Part shown: in pieces, positions 45,286 to 48,431 of the stretch
Position numbering within the stretch: the first letter of the stretch is position 1
Layout of the letters: every line of letters starts with the position of its first letter
DNA from: Actinomycetales bacterium
GTDB lineage: Bacteria; Actinomycetota; Actinomycetes; Actinomycetales; CAVURS01
Length of the DNA stretch: 48,431 bases
NCBI GenBank assembly: GCA_045807245.1
Contig: JBJMHS010000054.1
Coordinates: forward strand, 1 to 48,431
Direction of reading: 5' to 3'
Translations under genes and position numbers: made by a program
The notes under the pieces: generated by a model
What the model was told of the DNA's origin: nothing
The model's input: the letters and a program-made list of their open reading frames with translations, nothing else
Database searches by the model: none

Positions 45286-46881
45286 TTACTCGGTGAACGC
45301 CGCCACGACGTCCGGGTCGATGTTCTGCTTCGGACCGGTGAACCAGTGCTTGACCGAGACGTGCCAGTAGATCGTCAGCAGGATCAGCGCTGTGGGCACG
45401 ACGACGATCGCGTAGTTCACGTACTTCCAGGCGAACCCGTCGTTCCACCACACGCCGACGGAGGACGTGGGGAGCAGCCCGACGACCGACATGATGGCGA
45501 TCTCGACCACAGCGATCGGGTTCATCCAGCGGTAGCGGGCGCCGTTGGTCCAGCCGCCCACAGTGAACCGGTCGCCGTGCCGCCAGCGCAGGAAGATCGG
45601 GATCGCGAAGGCCACGTAGAGCCCGATGACGCCGATCGACACGACCGCGAAGAAGGCCACCGGAACGGGCGCCCCGCCGATGTCGACCTTGAGCAGCGCC
45701 GGCAGGGTCAGGACCAGAGCGATGACGGCGGCCGCGATGACGGCGTTGACCGGCACTCGCTTGTCGCTCAGCTTGGCGAAGTGCTTCGCGCCCGGCATGG
45801 CGCCGTCGCGGCTGAAGGCGAAGAACATCCGGCTCGTGCTGGTCATACAGGCCACGGTGCAGAAGAACTGACCGGCCGCGGAGATGAGCACCACGAGACC
45901 GGCGACATGTGCGGTCAGCGCCTGGCCGAAGATGGCGAACACGCTGCCGCCACCCTTGGTGACGCCGTCCTGGTCCTGGACCGCGAACAGGAACGACAGC
46001 AGCAGGATCCAGCCGCCGATGCCGGAGTAGAAGATCGACCGCCAGATGCCCTTGGCCGCTCCCATGGAGGCGGCTTGGGTCTCCTCCGACAGGTGGGCCG
46101 ACGCGTCGTACCCGGTGATCGTGTACTGGGTCAGGATCCCGGACAACGGGAGGATGTAGAGGAAGAAGCCCAAGCCGCCGGTGTGACCGCCGAAGAGGCC
46201 CGTGTTGTTGACGGTGTGGCCGAACACGTCCCCGACCGAGGCGTGGCTCGTGCCGTTCTTGAGGAAGAACCACAGGATGACCACGATGACCGCGGCACCG
46301 ACGACGTGCCACCACACGGAGACGTTGTTCAGCACGGCCAGGAGGTGGCTCGAGAAGATGTTCACCATCGCGGCCAGGAACAGGACGATCGCGAACTCGA
46401 TGAAGACGCGGGTCAGCGAGTAGTTGTCGGCCCAGGACGAGCTGAAGTACCCGAGGCCAGCGTCGAAGAAGGTCGCGCAGCCGTACGCAACGGAGGCGTC
46501 GATCGCGAGCAGGCCGATGAGGTTCAGCCAGCCGGTGTAGAAGCCGGCGGCCGGGCCACCCAGCTTGGAGGCCCACCAGTAGATGCCGCCCGACGTCGGG
46601 TAGGCCGAGACCAGCTCCGACATGCACATCCCGATGATCAGGATGAACACCGTGAGGATCGGCCAGCCCCAGGCGATCGCGGCCGGGCCGCCGTTGTTCC
46701 AGCCGAGGGCGAAGCTCGTGAAGCAGCCGGCCAGGATGGAGATGATCGAGAACGAGATGGCGAAGTTGGAGAAGCCGGACCACGATCGGTTCAGGTCCTG
46801 CTTGTACCCCAGCTGAGCCAGCTGCATTTCGTCCTCGGTCAGGTCGACGGGACGCGGAGGGGTGTCGATACCTTCGGGCAT
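45286..46881 (-). CDS. APC-superfamily amino acid/amine permease
   Basis: LGYKQDLNRS, FSNFAISFSIISIL, SELVSAYPTSGG, GYDASAHLSEET, FAFSRDG; about 12 TM segments; ATG 46881 after GGAAAGG. Confidence 0.93.
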   Translation of the reverse strand: MPEGIDTPPRPVDLTEDEMQLAQLGYKQDLNRSWSGFSNFAISFSIISILAGCFTSFALGWNNGGPAAIAWGWPILTVFILIIGMCMSELVSAYPTSGGIYWWASKLGGPAAGFYTGWLNLIGLLAIDASVAYGCATFFDAGLGYFSSSWADNYSLTRVFIEFAIVLFLAAMVNIFSSHLLAVLNNVSVWWHVVGAAVIVVILWFFLKNGTSHASVGDVFGHTVNNTGLFGGHTGGLGFFLYILPLSGILTQYTITGYDASAHLSEETQAASMGAAKGIWRSIFYSGIGGWILLLSFLFAVQDQDGVTKGGGSVFAIFGQALTAHVAGLVVLISAAGQFFCTVACMTSTSRMFFAFSRDGAMPGAKHFAKLSDKRVPVNAVIAAAVIALVLTLPALLKVDIGGAPVPVAFFAVVSIGVIGLYVAFAIPIFLRWRHGDRFTVGGWTNGARYRWMNPIAVVEIAIMSVVGLLPTSSVGVWWNDGFAWKYVNYAIVVVPTALILLTIYWHVSVKHWFTGPKQNIDPDVVAAFTE

Positions 46882-46978
46882 GGGTGGCGCGCCTTTCCGG
46901 ACGGAACCAGTTGGCCGGAGGCTAGACCGCTCGGGATTGCGGCGTAAAGGGCTGAGCGGCGTTTCGGCCGGACCGGTT

Positions 46979-47027
46979 ATTGGTCTGGGGTCAGACCGTT
47001 GACAAAGCTGCGTCCACGCGTCAGCAT
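46979..47027. promoter_or_regulatory. FadR/GntR-type operator and promoter between the permease and the regulator
   Basis: ATTGGTCTG-GGGT-CAGACCGTT palindrome (46979-47000) abutting TTGACA (46999-47004), 17-nt spacer, CAGCAT. Confidence 0.7.
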
Positions 47028-47104
47028 CGGTTGGTTCCTCGGCCGGCGCAGGCCCGAACAGAGCGGCTGCGCCGGGCTTTCCCGTGCCAGGAGGGGGTGC
47101 CGGC

Positions 47105-47890
47105 GTGACTCGCTCGGTGCCACGAGCCGAAGCCCGAAGCGCACCCGACAGGGGTGCCCTGCCGGACGCGGTGCTGCGCCCGGTGCGGGACCGCAACGCC
47201 TTCGAGGCAACGGTCGAGCAGCTGGCCAGCGCCGTACGACTGGGTGTGCTGGTCGACGGGTCGCGCCTGCCGCCGGAGCGCGAGCTCGCCGGCCGGCTCG
47301 GGGTGAGCCGAGCCACCCTCCGGGAGGCTATCGCCGCGCTCCGGGAGGCCAGGCTGGTGGCCACGACGGCGGGGCGCGGTGGAGGCACGGTCGTGACGTA
47401 CGCCGGTGAGCCCGCTGACCCGACCCGGGCCCGAGCACTGCGGGAGAAGGCTCCCGAGCTGCACGACGCACTGGCGTTCCGGCGGGTGGTGGAGCCGGGT
47501 GTGGCCTACCTCGCTGCCCAGCGCCAGTCCGGCAAGGGTCCGGGTCACAGGCTCGAGAAGGACCAGCAGGAGTGGCTCAAGGCGTGCCTGGCCGAGGTGT
47601 CGGAGGCGCCGACGCCGGCGAGCCATCGGGTCGCGGACTCACGGCTGCACCTGGCCATCGCGACCCTGTCTGACTCACCGTTGCTGATCGAGGCCGTGAC
47701 GCAGGCTCAGGCGCAGCTGCACGAGATGCTGAGCGCGATCCCCGTGCTGCCCCGCAACATCGAGCACTCCAACCAGCAGCACGCCCGCATCGTCCGCGCC
47801 GTCCTGGCCGGCCGCGCACCGTCGGCCCGTTCCGTGATGGAGGAGCACTGCGATGCGACCTCGGCACTGCTGAGAGGGCTGCTGGGATGA
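47105..47890 (+). CDS. FadR/GntR family transcriptional regulator (EpuRI-like context)
   Basis: RLPPERELAGRLGVSRATLREA wHTH; FCD domain (DSRLHLAIA, HARIV); AGGAGG RBS. Confidence 0.92.
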   Translation: MTRSVPRAEARSAPDRGALPDAVLRPVRDRNAFEATVEQLASAVRLGVLVDGSRLPPERELAGRLGVSRATLREAIAALREARLVATTAGRGGGTVVTYAGEPADPTRARALREKAPELHDALAFRRVVEPGVAYLAAQRQSGKGPGHRLEKDQQEWLKACLAEVSEAPTPASHRVADSRLHLAIATLSDSPLLIEAVTQAQAQLHEMLSAIPVLPRNIEHSNQQHARIVRAVLAGRAPSARSVMEEHCDATSALLRGLLG

Positions 47891-47909
47891 CGACAGGAAG
47901 GACCACCGC

Positions 47910-48431
47910 ATGACCGCCACGACGGCACCCCTCGAGGTCGACCGGCTCCGTGACCTGATCGGCAGTGGCGAGGTCGACACGGTCGTCGTCGCCTTCACCG
48001 ACATGCAGGGACGACTGCAGGGCAAACGGATCCACGCCCAGTTCTTCCTCGATGCCGTCCTGCCGCATGGCACCGAGGGCTGCAACTACCTGCTCGCGGT
48101 CGACGTCGACATGAACACCGTCGGCGGCTACTCGATCAGCTCGTGGGAGCGCGGGTACGGCGACATGATGTTCGACCTCGACCTGGCCACGCTCCGCCTC
48201 CTCCCGTGGGTGCCGGGGGCCGCGATGGTCCAGTGCGACCTGTCCTGGCTGGACGGCAGCGGGCCGGTGACGCAGTCGCCTCGTCAGGTGCTCGCCCGCC
48301 AGGCCGAGCGGGCGGCCGCACACGGCTGGCAGGCCTTGGCCGGCACCGAGCTGGAGTTCATCGTCTTCGACGACACCTACGAACAGGCCTGGAACCGCGG
48401 CTACACGAACCTCACCCCGAGCAACCAGTAC
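47910..48431 (+). CDS. glnA4: Glutamine synthetase-like gamma-glutamyl-amine ligase (GlnA4 type), partial
   Basis: Translated by hand: DTVVVAFTDMQGRLQGKR, TEGCNYLLAVDVDMNTV..SSWERGYGD, SPRQVL, GTELEF; runs off the window. Confidence 0.85.
   Translation, partial: MTATTAPLEVDRLRDLIGSGEVDTVVVAFTDMQGRLQGKRIHAQFFLDAVLPHGTEGCNYLLAVDVDMNTVGGYSISSWERGYGDMMFDLDLATLRLLPWVPGAAMVQCDLSWLDGSGPVTQSPRQVLARQAERAAAHGWQALAGTELEFIVFDDTYEQAWNRGYTNLTPSNQY

Overview
High-GC actinobacterial chromosome segment that is mostly conserved core genome. Left to right it holds a glycogen/alpha-glucan cluster (partial glgE, AGE-family isomerase, glgP, glgX), then enoyl-CoA hydratase, SAM methyltransferase, acyltransferase and etfBA, then iscS-mnmA-MetE-like-ligA, a membrane GGDEF-EAL protein, gatCAB, ilvD-ilvBNC with a leader-peptide attenuator, serA, leuB, ilvE, and the start of a permease/FadR/GlnA4-type gamma-glutamylation locus. 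Accessory inserts sit within this backbone. The most striking is an AbiEi-like/DUF559-type nuclease gene (10223-11308) bracketed by two inverted 90-bp elements, each itself a hairpin of two ~24-bp REP-like units; this resembles a REPIN-gene-REPIN arrangement with no transposase. Other inserts are a class F sortase/DUF4397/vWA-like module, a stand-alone EAL protein, an unannotated promoter-small ORF-terminator unit (38973-39365) and an S8 protease with a sigma28/WhiG-like promoter. Many genes appear leaderless. I saw no tRNA, rRNA, CRISPR array or transposase. All family calls come from motif recognition by eye, not from database searches.
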